A stretch of 64,000 nucleotides of DNA, from NCBI GenBank assembly GCA_052426225.1, contig JBNJNM010000015.1, positions 62,001 to 126,000 of the forward strand, written 5' to 3'. Source of the stretch: Zancudomyces culisetae HAW-14-8 (taxonomy: Eukaryota > Fungi > Kickxellomycota). Shown here piece after piece: positions 13,912-28,013 of the stretch (the stretch's first letter is position 1; every line of letters starts with the position of its first letter). The translations under genes and the position numbers were made by a program. Below the pieces are notes generated by a model. That model saw only the letters and a program-made list of their open reading frames with translations, was not told the origin of the DNA and searched no databases.

Positions 13912-15585
13912 ATGTCGGCACGCAGTAACATACCAGGTAAGAAAAGAATTGTCTTATATCAATTTTCTATCTAAACAGTACATATTGCTAAAGTTTATAA
14001 TAATACCAACAACAAGAATAATAATAATATTTAGTTTCTGAAGATCTAAAAAGGAAATTTGCGGAGGCTGTTAGTGAAAATTGCACAAGAGCATTCAAAA
14101 TTTCGATATTACAAGGTACCTTGAAAATTCAATATTAGATTGAATACTGACTTTTAATATATTTTATACATTGGCTATAAACTTTGGAAATACCGAAATA
14201 TAGAGGCTCTACATGTAGCCGGCGAAATCAAGATAAATGACACGCTAAGAGAGGGTAAGCATATTCTTTTTGGTAGGAGTTTGCGGATACTCTTTTTTTT
14301 TTTGACTATTTCGAAAATAAATAGTAAATGATATTATTTGAGTAGTGTTTTATTTTCTACATTATAAAAATATACTAGATTTAGCCCACGTGGCATCGCT
14401 ACTTGAGGAAAAAGTTCCGTGTTATTTGCTAATCTCAACTTGGGAGAGTGCGGAAAAGGATGAACCGAGTTTTTTTCAAGAAACAAGAACAAGTGGATGG
14501 GTTTTGGTAACATACATACCCGATGACGCGCCGGTTAAAGAAAAAATGTTATATTCATCGACAAAATATTCGATATTAAAAGGATTGGGGGAAAGTATGA
14601 TTACAACTCAAGTGGATATTAGTGAAAGGAGCGAATTGGAATACAAAGAATACCTAAGGTACATAAATGAGAAAAAGGCACCAGCGACCCTTACCGCCCA
14701 AGAAAAGGCAGAACAAAAAATGCGAATGGATCAGGTATTTTACACAGACTATTTTGATATGTTTCCAGTAGCTAACTTTAAAGTTTATCAAACATGTACT
14801 TCAATGATATAATCAAGATATTACAAAAAAAGACCCCAGGCCTAAATGTATTTTCTTTTGATTATTAGGCAGTTTCAGAAGAAATGATGAGAGGAACAGA
14901 GCGAAAAAATATCGTTCCAGGGCTGGCACTAGAGTTGACAGAGGATGCAAAAGAGGAACTGCATAATCTTCATATAGGAAAACAAGCACTGGTCATACTA
15001 AAAGTGAATCGCGAAAAGGGTAAGGGAGAGGTCATAGACATGGATAAGGGGTATGATTTTGCATCACTATCAAGGTTAATAAGCCTCGAATCGCTTTTTC
15101 CAAACTCAGAGCCTAGATTTGGGTTTTTCTTGTGCAAAAAGGATCAAAGTGAGCTCCGAACACCAAACACGGCGCACTTAATGGAGATGGACCACTTGGA
15201 AAGTATTTTTGATGAGCCTGTATTCATATATTCATGTCCGCCGGATTGTACAATACAAGACAAAATGCTGTATGCCTCAAGCAAAGCGGCACTCCTCGAA
15301 AAGGTTCATTGTGAATTTGGGCTTGTTGAAAAAAAGAGAATTGAAGTGTCTGATCCTGCAGAGCTGACGATAGAGTTTATCAAAGGAGAGCTTAGCCGCT
15401 TGAAAATGACGTCTACAGTAAATTCCAATGCCTCGTCAAGCTACTTTGCGGGTTCCAATAGTTTAGGTGATCAGCAAATGTTTATATCCGGAACAGAATC
15501 ACAATTACAAAGACCAAGTTTAGGAAAAAATCTCAGAAAATTTAACAAGCCACTTGCACCATCGCGAAAAAAAAGCATGAGCTAG
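13912..15585 (+). CDS. TWF1: Twinfilin (two ADF-H domains), 5 exons (13912-13936, 14035-14115, 14204-14254, 14379-14734, 14869-15585)
   Basis: MSARSNIPVSEDLKRKF start; YIPDDAPVKEKMLYSST (ADF-H 1); FIYSCPPDCTIQDKMLYASSK (ADF-H 2); C-terminal KFNKPLAPSRK tail. Intron phases are consistent. Confidence 0.93.
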
Positions 15586-15769
15586 TCTGTCTTACGCTTT
15601 GTGCTTGTAGTTCACAGAGCTGTACGAGTCATGAAAAACACAGCCATTTACTTAATCCTTAGTATTTTTGAACACAGATTTTTAGTTTTCCTGATTTACT
15701 CTTGCCTCTCTTACACGTTTTCTACTTTTTTTTTTAATCAAGACATAAATGCAACCAAATTAAACACAA

Positions 15770-18700
15770 TCAAAGAGAGTTAAGCCAAGATGTAAGATGG
15801 CTTTCCACACTCTTATCGGGAAGTTGGCATATTTCCGCCTTTTTTTTGATACCAAATGCCGATTTTTTTTTAGTTGGGGGCAACTCAAGAGCGGGGGTAC
15901 TGGAAATTTCGAAGTCTAGTGCGGTATTGTAAAACAAAACAAACAGATTGGACAAGTTCTTGTGGTATGTGCTTGTTGGGGTGCTTGCAATTTGCTCAGC
16001 GTCGTTAAATTTGTATCTTAGCGTCCGAGCAAACTTGACGAGTTCTCCAAAAGAATCCAAAACCGCCTATTTAAATATAGTTTGAGTTTATAGCAAGAAA
16101 AATGAAGTGAGAGCGGGGGGGGGGGGGAGAATCATGTTTTTATGAGCATTTAAGCACAATTGACATGAATATAGAGATACACCAGCCTAAAAACATATGA
16201 GGATAATCATAAAATAAAGTCATGGGGGTTCATATCCTTACCAATGGAACTGTATTTAGATTAATATTGATGGTGGAATGACTCCATCGATTGTCAACCA
16301 ACTTACAAAGTGTTTGTATGAAACTTTCGCTATTTGATAACATCAAAGGGGTGAAAAAATAGACAAGAGTACAGTAGAGGGTGCAATAGAGTGAGAAGAA
16401 GACAGTAGGAAAACTTACTGTTTAAGCAGAGTACTGTCAACTGCAGCTTTATGGGTTACTTTCTCAGAGTCAGTAGTATTAATATACCCAGTATCACCAC
16501 GTCCGTTATAGTTTGCAGACTTAGAATTCAGTGGCGATAAAACAGTATGATCAGGTAAAAAGTGACTCGAAAGCAAATATTGGTTAATCCCGGCTTTCTG
16601 CCGAGAATCTGAATTCTCAGAGTTGTAAAGCAAATCAAAGTTGTGATATTTGTTACCTAAGATCAAAGAAAAAAAAATAAGTATAGTGATAAATCAATGT
16701 GGAAATATATTCCACCGAGTTCAAGTCAATGCCTGGCGAGCAGCTTACTTGGCCAGTATGTTGGAATCATCGGCTGTAGTGAAAGAATACTTACATATCA
16801 AGAAGGACTGGGAAAATAAGTTTGCAATACGTGTAGTATATTGTTGATATTTGTTATTGCTAGACGACATCCAGGATAGTAGCTCTTTGAGATTATTCTA
16901 TTGGGAGTAATAACAAAAAAGAGTGGTGATATGCCAGTTAGTCCGTTTTATGGTTTTGTAGATCACAATCTAATAGTCAAAATGATATAGGTATAGTGAG
17001 AGGCTTAACTGTATACAACTTGCTCTCAACATACACACTGGTTGATTTGTTAACCCAGTATTCCAGTTTATTACACCAATCCTGTATACTCCTGTATTCC
17101 CGCTCAATATAATTTTGGTAGAAGCATAATATTGCACTTTTCATTTCAGAAGCGTCATTATGAAGTTCATTTTCAATAAGTTCTTGGTAGGCTTTCAATT
17201 GGAAAGACTGAGTCTGCAACATATTTCTGGCTAGAATTTCTAAAACATTAGTACATGATGGAGTAACGGGAGCAGGTAACCGAACCAATGACGTTATATA
17301 CTGCTTCTCTAGTATATCTATTTCCCTTTTTATTAGTTCTGGCTGTTTAATGATCATATTACACAGCTCTTTTGTATCGCAGCTTTTGGTAATGCTTTCA
17401 GCCGATTTTAGCAAAATATCTAAATATTCCTCTTTTTCCTGCTCTTCATTTATTAAAATCTCGAGTTTTTCAATCGAATGTTTCAGGTCAATAAATTCTT
17501 TTAAACAGAAACCTAAATATCCTATATACATTATTTGTATTATTTATAGTATTTCTGGCATAGTCCTTTTAAATTGATTATAAGTGTGGTTATTAAAAGA
17601 TTAATATACATGTGTATTGGTCCACCAAAAAGAAAGTTAGCATACATACACACGTGTAAAAAAAAAGAGAAAAATGGCTATATACCTTGCATACCAGAAA
17701 ACCTTGAGACGTTAGGCAGCTTCTTAACAGCGTTGGAAGGAAACATATCCAGATCCTTACATTCTTGATTAAATGTATTAGTTATAGATTTTGCAGTCAC
17801 ATCGATATATTGAAAAACTGATTTATAGTCACTTTTACTAATCTCCCGGTCTTTAAAGCTATTAAAGTCAATATCTTCTTGAAGACTGTCCGAAAGATAC
17901 TGTAACTCAAGTACTGTCTCTTTAAGATGATCATCAAATTCGCTAGCCATTTTATAGCCGCTTTGGATATTTATTTCTTCATTTTCTTCCGTTTCTAATT
18001 GCCTCAAAGTATTCTCCATTTTTTGCAAACTTGTGTTCATTTCCATTTGTTTGATCGTTAACAGGTTTAGTGTGTTTGTTTCAGTTTCTATTTCGTCTTT
18101 AAGCTCCTTGATTTCGTCAAGAATGTTCAAATAGGACGAATCATACCAATCCTCTCTGGGCAATATCACTTTGCTGAGATCGTCCATGTGTACAGTGGAG
18201 GTGCTGTATTTTGATAAAAGTTCTGGTTGTTCTAGGTTGCTAAAGGTAGTTACTTCATTATTGTGTTTAGCTAAAACATCCATATCCATATCAATGTGAT
18301 TTTCTTTCTTTTCCTTTGGATAGTTTATCTCGTCCAAGTAGTCGGCCCTATTAGTTATCAGTGTTTCATTTAACAGATATCTGTATTCATGATACTAAGT
18401 TATAGGGTAGGTATGCAATTCACCCCATTTTAATGTATAGTAAATGTTTGAAATATTAAGAGTTACAGCTCAAGTTCAGCTTCGGATATACCATTTTTAT
18501 GAATAGTTAGATTCTCCACAATCCACGCCAAAAACCCTTTTTTATCAAATTCGGGTACAAACCCCCATACTAGACCACTGGGTTCTATATTTTTGATGCA
18601 TATTGTGGTATCTTTTCCTTTAGGCTTGGAGCCAAAGGCTGTACTTGATTTGCCGTAAATCTCTGTATTATATGGGGCTGTGAGTTTCCCCTTTTTCGAG

Positions 18701-19201
18701 ACATTGTCTATATCGACCATGTTGGCTTTATCCCCTCCAAGATATGAACTGGTGCCCCTTATGATACCAGCCGGACGCTTTGCTCCTGTAGATTCTGATA
18801 TCTTATCAACTCTGATGCTGGAACGGTAATTTAGCTTTGTAGCTCTTATTGTTCTTTTCTTTTTTTCTTCATTTAAATAGTGGACGTTTCCAGTATCTTT
18901 TTCGTGAAGATATTCATGATTATGCAGTTCTTTGCTTTTGTTTTTTTCTACTATTCGCATCCATCAGGTTATTAAGAGTTTTGAAAATTAAAATAAAACA
19001 TGAAATATGAAAAGATATGATTCAGGGCCGCAGCATGGATTTATACTTACATTTTTGTATGGATATATCGTATTCGCCAATAAATGCAATTTCGTTTACG
19101 AGTTTTGATAGCTTTTGAGCAAGCCTTTGTGATTTATCCTCAAGTCCATCATTGTTTATGTCACGTCCCTCTTTAAAATATCTTTTGCCTCTGGTCTGCA
19201 T
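15770..19201 (-). CDS. Coiled-coil protein resembling augmin subunit HAUS3, about 8 exons (19051-19201, 18467-18950, ~17690-18380, ~17010-17520, 16795-16897, 16419-16656, 16242-16329, 15770-16066)
   Basis: Five ORF fragments and three further exons join through GT-AG introns; the boundaries around exons 3-4 are uncertain. The motif LVWGF...GFLAWIVENL...NGISEAELELY resembles the HAUS3 N-terminal domain (FDWLF...FLKWFCGNV..NVLSERELE) and is followed by coiled coils. The gene is well supported; the family call is moderate. Confidence 0.6.
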
Positions 19202-19500
19202 TATGTTCTTTCGATTGTGATTCCGCTGAAATTTAAATATCAGACTTGAAGTCTTTAGAATTGTAGAAAATTCAGTTATAATTAACCTTTCTCTTTTTTA
19301 TCTTTCTTTTTTTGGTAAGCAGGAACTAATATCTTAAAAAGTTGGCTGCTAATAAAATACTTGATCATTCAATTGCACAAGTATGTGCATAAGTGTGATC
19401 ATTGGGTGGTATTGTTTACTAAAAATAAAAAAACTAGAACAAGAAAGCCATTTAGGCAACTGTATTTCACAAAAACAACTCAATGAAATACCATGGGCGT

Positions 19501-19514
19501 AGAGAGAGACCGAA

Positions 19515-19541
<27 letters not shown>
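19501..19541 (+). repeat. (AG)n microsatellite in the divergent HAUS3-like/VPS13 intergenic region
   Basis: agagagagac cgaa agagagag... read directly from the sequence. Confidence 0.9.
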
Positions 19542-19548
<7 letters not shown>

Positions 19549-20734
19549 AAGAGGTTGCTTATACCCCCCCCAAGCTTTATGATAACTGTAGAATAAATTA
19601 ATCCACAATAGAACAAATGCTTATTTTTATTTTAAATATCAAAACACACACAATATCTGTTTGCTTGTAAAGCATAGTATAGTTGAGAATACAGTGGTGA
19701 TATCTTTATTTCGAGTTACATCTATATCATATCCATATCATTCTACTACTTAATAGAATGGCAGACTTTTTTTGTTGGGCATTTTGTTTATCATGAGACA
19801 AAAAAAGAAAGTGGAGTGTGACCATCCCCAACTATTCTGACTCCACATCGTTTGCAGAATTTAAATTGTCAACAACAAAGACTCGGCGGATATTGTTTTT
19901 AAATGTACCTTGACTTGCATGAGCAAACAAATTGTCATCTGTCCAATTACACGAAACTTTGATGTTTTACCTTGTGGATTTAACCATCAGCACCAAGTTG
20001 TTGAGGACAAGTAGTCTGAGAGAGAGCGAGAAGGTTTCCGGAAAATATGAATTAATTAGCACCCAGTAAAAATGTGGAATTTCATCCTTCGACTTTTTTT
20101 CTTACTTTTTTTATCAAGAAAAATTGTTTTATTTTACTTGAAAAGGGCCTTAAACATAAATTTATGTGAATATCAAATGGCCATTATTAATTGGATGAGT
20201 CTGGCACATTAAAATATAGGTTCGTTTTACTCCAAATTGGCACTGATGTTTGGCTAAACAAGCCCAGATATTTGCCTAGAAATAGACCCCACTCCACTTT
20301 GCTCCCAAAGTTTTGAAAATACAAGAGGGTGGGTTAGCAATTCGCGGAAATGCAAGCAGGGTATGGGGGGGGGGAGATGACGCAGTTTAGCAGCTAGAAA
20401 TGAAGCTGGTCAAATCAGATTTAGAGCATACAAAAAAAAACTGGTCAATAAGAGCTTGAAGAATTCAACTCAGACTCAAGAATGTAACCCAATTATAAAG
20501 CGTTGAAGCCAAACAATATACTTAATGTTTAAATGCGTTTGGATCACATAAATATACAAGTTTTTACTTTAAATAAATAATCCAGATTAATAGTCGTAGA
20601 ATTTGCTTGAATATATTGTTTTAGAACTAGAATAAAGATAAACAGTTAAGAAATAATTCAGAAAACATATCGAAGGACAAAAGAGACAAACCTTATTTAT
20701 ATAAATTACATTTTCCTTAGTTTCCGATAAAAAA

Positions 20735-23289
20735 ATGTTAGAAGGAGTAGTAGCGACTATTTTAAATCGGATTTTGGGAGATTATATTGATAATCTTGAG
20801 ACAAATCAATTAAACATTGGTATTTGGCAAGGAAATGTTAAATTGAAGAATTTGAAGTTGAGGAAGGATGCTCTGGATAGATTACATTTACCAATAGATG
20901 TAGTAAAGGGAAGCATTGGGAATCTGGTTCTATCAATACCATGGTCGAATTTAAAAGGGGCACCAGTAAAGGTGTTATTGGAGGATGTTTTTGTTTTAGC
21001 AATACCGAGATTTAAAATAGCAATTACAAAGGAAGAGATTCGAGAGGAAGAGGAAAGAATGTTTGCGGAAAAGATGAAAAGATTGGCTGATTATGAGTTG
21101 TTATTGAGTGAAGAGGTAAAGAAAAAGAGTAGTGAGGATAATAGCTATGCTGGGCAATTGGCAACAAAAATAATAGACAACCTAGAGGTGAAAATCAACA
21201 ACATACATATCCGGTACGAAGATGAAGAGACATACGCAAAAAGAGCATTTTCAGTTGGACTGGTATTACCAAGATTGTCAGTGATATCTACAAATGACAA
21301 GTGGATACCAGAGTTTGTTACTGCCACAGCAAATTCAGCGTACAAAAAGATGGCGCTGGAAAGGTTCTATGCGTACTGGGATAGTGAATGTGGCTTATTG
21401 AAAAACGCAACCGATGAAGAGTTTTCTGTTGAAATTAAAAGGCAAATGGATGTCAGCAACCATAATTGCATAGTGAAGCCTATTGTGGGAACAGCAAGGC
21501 TTAAAATGAACAAAAAAATAGTTGATAATAGCGGAAAAATCAATGTAAAACTAGCATTTGAACAGTTTGGGTTGCAGATGGACGATCAGCAATATGAGGA
21601 CTTTTTAAAGTTGGTAAGCAAGCTGGAGATCTTTAATAGGCAAAAGAAATACTGGAAATATAAACCGGCGCCAGGAGTAACAGTGCACGATAACCCAAGA
21701 GCCTGGCTCCAGTTTGCAATTAACACCGTTTTGGATGAGGTTAGAGAGAACAAAAGGAAGTGGGGATGGAGCAGTATTTATGATAGAATAGGGATACTTA
21801 GAGAGTATGTAAGACTATTTACTAAACTGAGGACAGGGGAGCGGATGAGTGTAAAGGAAAGTCAAAAACTAGATAGTATGGAAAGAGAGCTTTCATTTGA
21901 AGATCTTAAGCTGTTCCGACAACTATCAATGCCAAAGATACAGAAGATTAATCAAGAAAAGCAGGTAATAGCAAAAACCCAAGAGGTGGATGCGAATAGT
22001 GAGGCAAAAGGATGGCTGGGAGGGTGGGTAAACTGGGCAATGGGGGCGGGGGAGGGCGTACCTAACAAAAAGGACGTATCCCCACGCATATTTCCAGAGA
22101 AAAACAAGAAAGAGCAGGAAGGGAGAAGGGAAAGTATCAGTTCAAAGGAGGTGGAGGAGCTGATGCATGCATTGGAGCTCGATAAAGTAGTTACCGAAAA
22201 GGAGGTGTTACCGGAAGACATGATATTGTATACGATTGATGCTGAGCTTAACAATGGACAGGTAGAGATAAGTACTGTGGATAAAGGGAGAAAATATAGG
22301 ATATTATCTAAGCATAGTATTTTCAATGCAGTTGGAGAGAATATAAAAGTGGAGGTGAGGAAGCGGCCCAGTAACATGGCGGTAGATTTGAAGGTTAGTG
22401 GGTTCAGAGTAGAAGATGGTACTGTTCCAGGAAACCGGTTTCCAACAATGATAGAAATGCGCGAAAAAGTGGCAAAGACAACAACCAAGCCATTGCTTCA
22501 TGTATTATTTGAGGATAAACCTTTGGACGGACATGCAGATACGGTGGTGAAAGTGAAGTCTCAGGCATTAAATATTGTGTTAAATCCTGAGATGCTCAAA
22601 CAAATAGAGATGTTTTTCAAACCTAAAGAGACGGTGGTGGAATCCCTTCAGGGATTGGTGAAGGCGGCGTCGAATTCGGTAGCTGGGTTGCAAAGCCAAA
22701 CCAGGGCAAGTATAATCCAGGCGCTAGAGGAACGGAAGAAAATGGATTTACAATTGGATATCCAGGCGCCTATATTTATTGTTCCGATGGATGTGTGCAA
22801 CCCAGGAGGGGGGGTTACGATGCTTGATTTGGGACACTTGACGCTTAAGAGTGAGCAGGTAAATGAGGAAGACAAGGTAAGGATCATGAAAATGAATGTA
22901 TTGGAAATTGGCAGTGCGGAGAAGCGAAAGGGGATTGAGAAATATATATACGATTGGCTTAATATACGGCTTGAGAGGACTCAGTTGTTGGTGGGTCGAT
23001 CACTTTCTGACTGTACTAATGCAATGAAAGAGGAACAGATAAACGAGCGAATCCAAGTACTAGATAGAATTGCGTTAAATTTCAAGCTTGGGATGTGTCT
23101 GCTTTCAGAGCGACCGTTAGACATGCCACAGGTGATGATAGATGGAGATGTTCCATCATTACAGGTGTATTTTTCAGATTACAAATACCGACAAATTATG
23201 GCGACGGTAGATATAATTGTTATGGCATTTGGGGGAGCCCAAAAACAGCTGGAATCAGAGCAAGAGCATAATAAGGCAAAAGCCCACGT

Positions 23290-23325
<36 letters not shown>

Positions 23326-26300
23326 AGAAGCAGAGGCAAAAGTTATAAATATAAATTTTGATGCTTCTAGCGATAATAAGAGATCAGGAGTATTTAAGCC
23401 AGAGCAACTTGGGAGGAATTTAATAAATATAAAAAACAACCCACCAGGTACTACAGCTTCATCGACAGGTATATTGTTAGGAAGAACAGGAATCAGTGTT
23501 CCGACTACTTCAGCCACTATTTTTAATACCAAGCCAAACATTGATGTTGAAAACCCTGAGGACATAACCGGCAATAGTAGGAAGTCCACAGGGGATACAA
23601 TTCGACGCACCAGTGGAATAAGAGAGGTAGATGATGATCATATTGATGTTGATGATGGTCATAGCGGGAGCTACAGTGGGCGTAGTGCAAGTTACATTAG
23701 ACGTAGTGGAAGTTACAGTAGGCGTAGCATGAGAAGCAACAAAGCTAGCCAGAGTTATGGCGAAAGCGATAGCGATGGTAGTGATGTGTTTTTCGATCCT
23801 ATTGATAAAGAGGAGTCGGTTTCCACTGTTTCTTTGCCAAGATTGGGTTATCAAGCTGGCATTGTGACATCCAAAGAGGAGGATAAAGCTAATGTCAGTG
23901 AAAAGGAAGGCGGTGGAGTGGATGTAAAACGAGAAAGTGTTGGCAATAAACAGGAGGAAGAGAGTAAAGAAAAAGAAAAAGAGAAGGGAGAGTCGGTGGT
24001 TGATAAAGCTTCTATTACTACCAAACCAGTAGATCCTGAGCAAGAAGGATTCAGGTTTTCGTTGGTTGTGGGTAAACTAAACGTGGTTGTGGATGAGGAT
24101 GGGGATGAAGATGGGGATGAGGGTGAGGGTGAGGGTGCGGGTGAGGTTAAAACTGGAAGACTTGCAAAAGCTGAGGTTACAAGACTTGGAGTTTTGGTGA
24201 AAAACAAGGAGTTGGAAATGGATGTACTTGTTACGATCCACGATATTGTTGTTGAAGACCAGATGATGCAACAGGCAATTGATTCGAGCGAAGATGTGAG
24301 CCAAGATAGAAAGTATATTATATACACAGATGCTACACAGTCACACGATAATCTCAGCAACGATTTAGTTAAGGTTGAATATTCACGGTTAATGGAAGGA
24401 AACCCAAAATATTTGACATTTGAAGATGCTGTTGGGCAAATGGTTAATATTTCAATCTCATCGATCCATGTAAAGGTTATTCGACAATCAATACTGAAGC
24501 TCTACAATTTTATTTTAACAACATTTACCACTCCACCCGCTGCGGATTTCGACGAATCAAATACGGCTAACAAAGGTTTGGGAATGGAAAGTGTGGAAAA
24601 TGTGGGAAGTAGTGGGGAAAGGAGAGGTTCACGTAGATTTAGTCTTTTGGGGTTAGGAAAGGATGAAGATGAGCCAGCCGAAAAGGAGGAAGGACAAAAA
24701 CACTTGGATATAAGTACAAAAGCAGAGAGCGGAACTGAAACTGGGACAACAAAAGAAGACAAAAAAGTAACCGAGGAATTAACCAAGGCAATGCTAGCAG
24801 AGGCTTTGGAAAAAATAAGAGTAAAGTTGTGGTTGAAAGGAATAGATATGGAATTTTGCGAGGATGATGGTGAATCCATTGCAGAGTTGGCAGTTACCGA
24901 GGGAACAATGTCGGTTTTAGTAGAAAAGCAAATTGTTTTGGAGGCCAAAGTCGGTGGCCTTACAATAACAGATATGTTGAAGGCACGGAAGGGATTGGAG
25001 ACAAAGGATGAGGATGATGCTGTTGATCGTATTGATCCTGCACTAGAAAATAGATACAGAACAATAATGTATATCAAAGGAGATGACCTTTTGAACTTGC
25101 GGTATGAAACCTTTAAAAACAGCGACAGGGCAGGGTATGACAGTTTGCTAAAGCTGAGCGTGGGGGCACTTCATCTCTGGTTTGCTGAGCGGCCAATTCA
25201 GCGATTGATTACGTTTGGACAAAAGTTTGCAGATATGCACGTGTTGTTTGAAGCTGCAAGGGCCAATATGGCACAGGGAGCAACACAGATTACAGAAACG
25301 GTTGTGCAGGGTGACATGAAAATGAAACTAGAAATAGTAATGATGGCACCGGTGATTACGTTCCCAAAGGCAGGTAGAATGTCATACGAGACCAAAGATA
25401 TACAAAGGAAGCCGGATACAATAGTTGCGCGACTCGGAGAGTTGTCTATAAGCAATGATTATATTAGCAATCCATCTAAAAACAGTATTAGTGTGCAGCT
25501 GACGCATATGTATATTTTATCGCGATTTTTGTATCTGCATTCAAGTGGTAAAACAAAGAGTGGAGTGCAATCAAGCAAGAATGTAGAGTCAAAAGATGGT
25601 ACCAGGAAAGGCCTTTTCGAACAAAAGTTGTATATTTTGGAGGATGTAACATTATCAGCAGACATTGATATAGAACATGAGAAAATAGATGAACTGATTG
25701 TAAAGACAAAGACAGACATCGCTGCGGGTCTAAGTCAGCTGAGAATCCAACTAACAAATATACAGCATAAATTTATAATGGAGTTGGTCAACGTTCTTTC
25801 CAGAGCATTTGCAGGTAATGATATTAACAACGACCAAGAGATTTTACAACTGCAACAACAACAACAACAGCAACAACAAAATCAGGAAGTAGGTGTAGGA
25901 TTGGGATTGGGATTGGGATTGGGATTTTCTGGTAATGGACAAAAGAAATACAGTCTGAATAGCGGTTTGGAACATGAAAGAGCGTCACCATTGTCGGGGC
26001 TGTTTTCAGATCCTTTATCTTACCTTCAAAAATCATACAGCATTTCTTCACCTGACCAAATCAAAATCCGAGACTACTCGTTGGAGAACAGCAACATTCA
26101 AGAACACTTGAGAGAAAAATATAGACAGGAACATCTAGAAAACGCTAAAGATAATGCCAGTAACAGCGGTCTAAGAATTATCCAAACAATGACAGCTGCA
26201 TTTAAGCTTTCAAAGATCCAGCTGGAATTATACGAAACGATGCCAGACAAAGAGGCCGATTTGAAGAAAGAGACATTTGCAATGCTTGAACTGAATGATA

Positions 26301-26722
26301 TTGGCGCTAATTATACATCTGGCAGCGAAAGTACGGGCTATGCACAACTGCAAATTAGAGAGATAGTAGGTAGAGATACTAGACCATCAGCCAAGACGCA
26401 ATTCAAGGAGTTCTTTGCACCAAAAGTAATCAAGAGTGCCGACGGAGTGTTGCAGTCAATTCCAGAGGGTGAAAGCCAGTTGTTGTTAGAAGTAGATCTT
26501 CCCAACCCATCTGCTAGTGGGTCGACCAATGTTGTATATGTACGAGGTAATTTGAAGGGAACCCGAGCAGTATTGGCACTGGAGCATACGTTCAAGATGC
26601 TTCGATTCTTCCAACCTGCTCAGTCAGATGAAGAGATAAGTGTAGATGTTTCTCTGGATGGTAGAAATGATTCATTTGATTATCAACAACAACAGTTACA
26701 GCTAATACTACAGCAACAGCAA

Positions 26723-26754
<32 letters not shown>

Positions 26755-27968
26755 ACAATTACAGCAGCTGAGGCAAGACACACAACAAGCCAATTTACTG
26801 GCATTTGATATTTTAATGGAGGGATTAGAGTTGATAATTCTGGAAAATCCATCAAAAATAACAACACCAGCACTTGTTTTATCAATCAAAGAGGCAGGGG
26901 TTTCTCAGCACGACCAAAAAATGATTGCAACAGTAGACGATATCAGCATGCAGCTGTGTAGCATGGGGAATACAAAGAAAAAGAGCAAGACTGTATTGTA
27001 CCCGGTTTCGATTGCTGCGTCAGTCCATTTTCTACAAGATTTAGAGGAGGATAACAGATCAAATATGAATCCTAATAAGAATGGAAATGGAAATGGAAAT
27101 GGAAATAACGAGAATACAGCAAATTTGGGATTTGATCAAGGTTCAAATGTAGAGGCAACTATAACTACTGGAGCAATTGTATTTAAATTAAGTTTGCTGG
27201 ATATAAAGCTGATCACAAAAATGGTGAATGATCTTAATGAACATATGGCCAAAAGCTTTAGCGTTCAAAACAAATTAGCAGAAGCATCAGCAGCAACATC
27301 AACAATAGAAACAAAAGAAAAAGAAAAAGCAAAGGCAAAGACAAAGTCAAAGACAGGCTCAGGGGCGCTAGAAGAGTCATCAGCCAAAGTAGCAGAGTCT
27401 ACATTGACCAAGATTCTGAATGAAAAGGCAACCATTATAGTGGCAGGTATTAAAGTGTTGTTGATAAACCATTTATTACATATTCCAGTTGCTGATTTGA
27501 GTGTAGACAGGTTTTCGATTGCAGCCAGCAACTGGTCATCGAGTCAAATGGAAGTAGTCAGTGATGGTGATTTGCGACTCCAAGCGTTGATTTATAACCT
27601 GCGTAACTCTAATTGGGAGCCGTTGATTGAGCCATGGGCCTTTTCCATTGGATTGAAAACCGAATCGGTAGAGTTTTTGCCTACAAAAGAAAAGTCTAGT
27701 ATGAGCCCTTCACCTAGTAACAACAAGGCAAGAAATAGTAATTCAAGTGGTGATGCTTCACAATCTGATAATCAGTTAGATAAAGTGATTACTACGTTTA
27801 ACATTTCATCTAAACATCGGCTTGAAATCAATGCGGCTCACAATATGATCAGCAGTATACTTAATATTATTGACGGAGAGTATTCCAACATTGATCAGCT
27901 CGATATATTTGATGGATTATTAGAAGAAGACAGTGAAAATCAACAGGAAAATGGAAGTGGATGGACTG

Positions 27969-28013
<45 letters not shown>

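Noticed and set aside
17010-17030. Possible GC-AG donor (GCAAGT) in the HAUS3-like gene
   Set aside because: Its phase does not fit the next exon, and phase-0 GT donors are available nearby.
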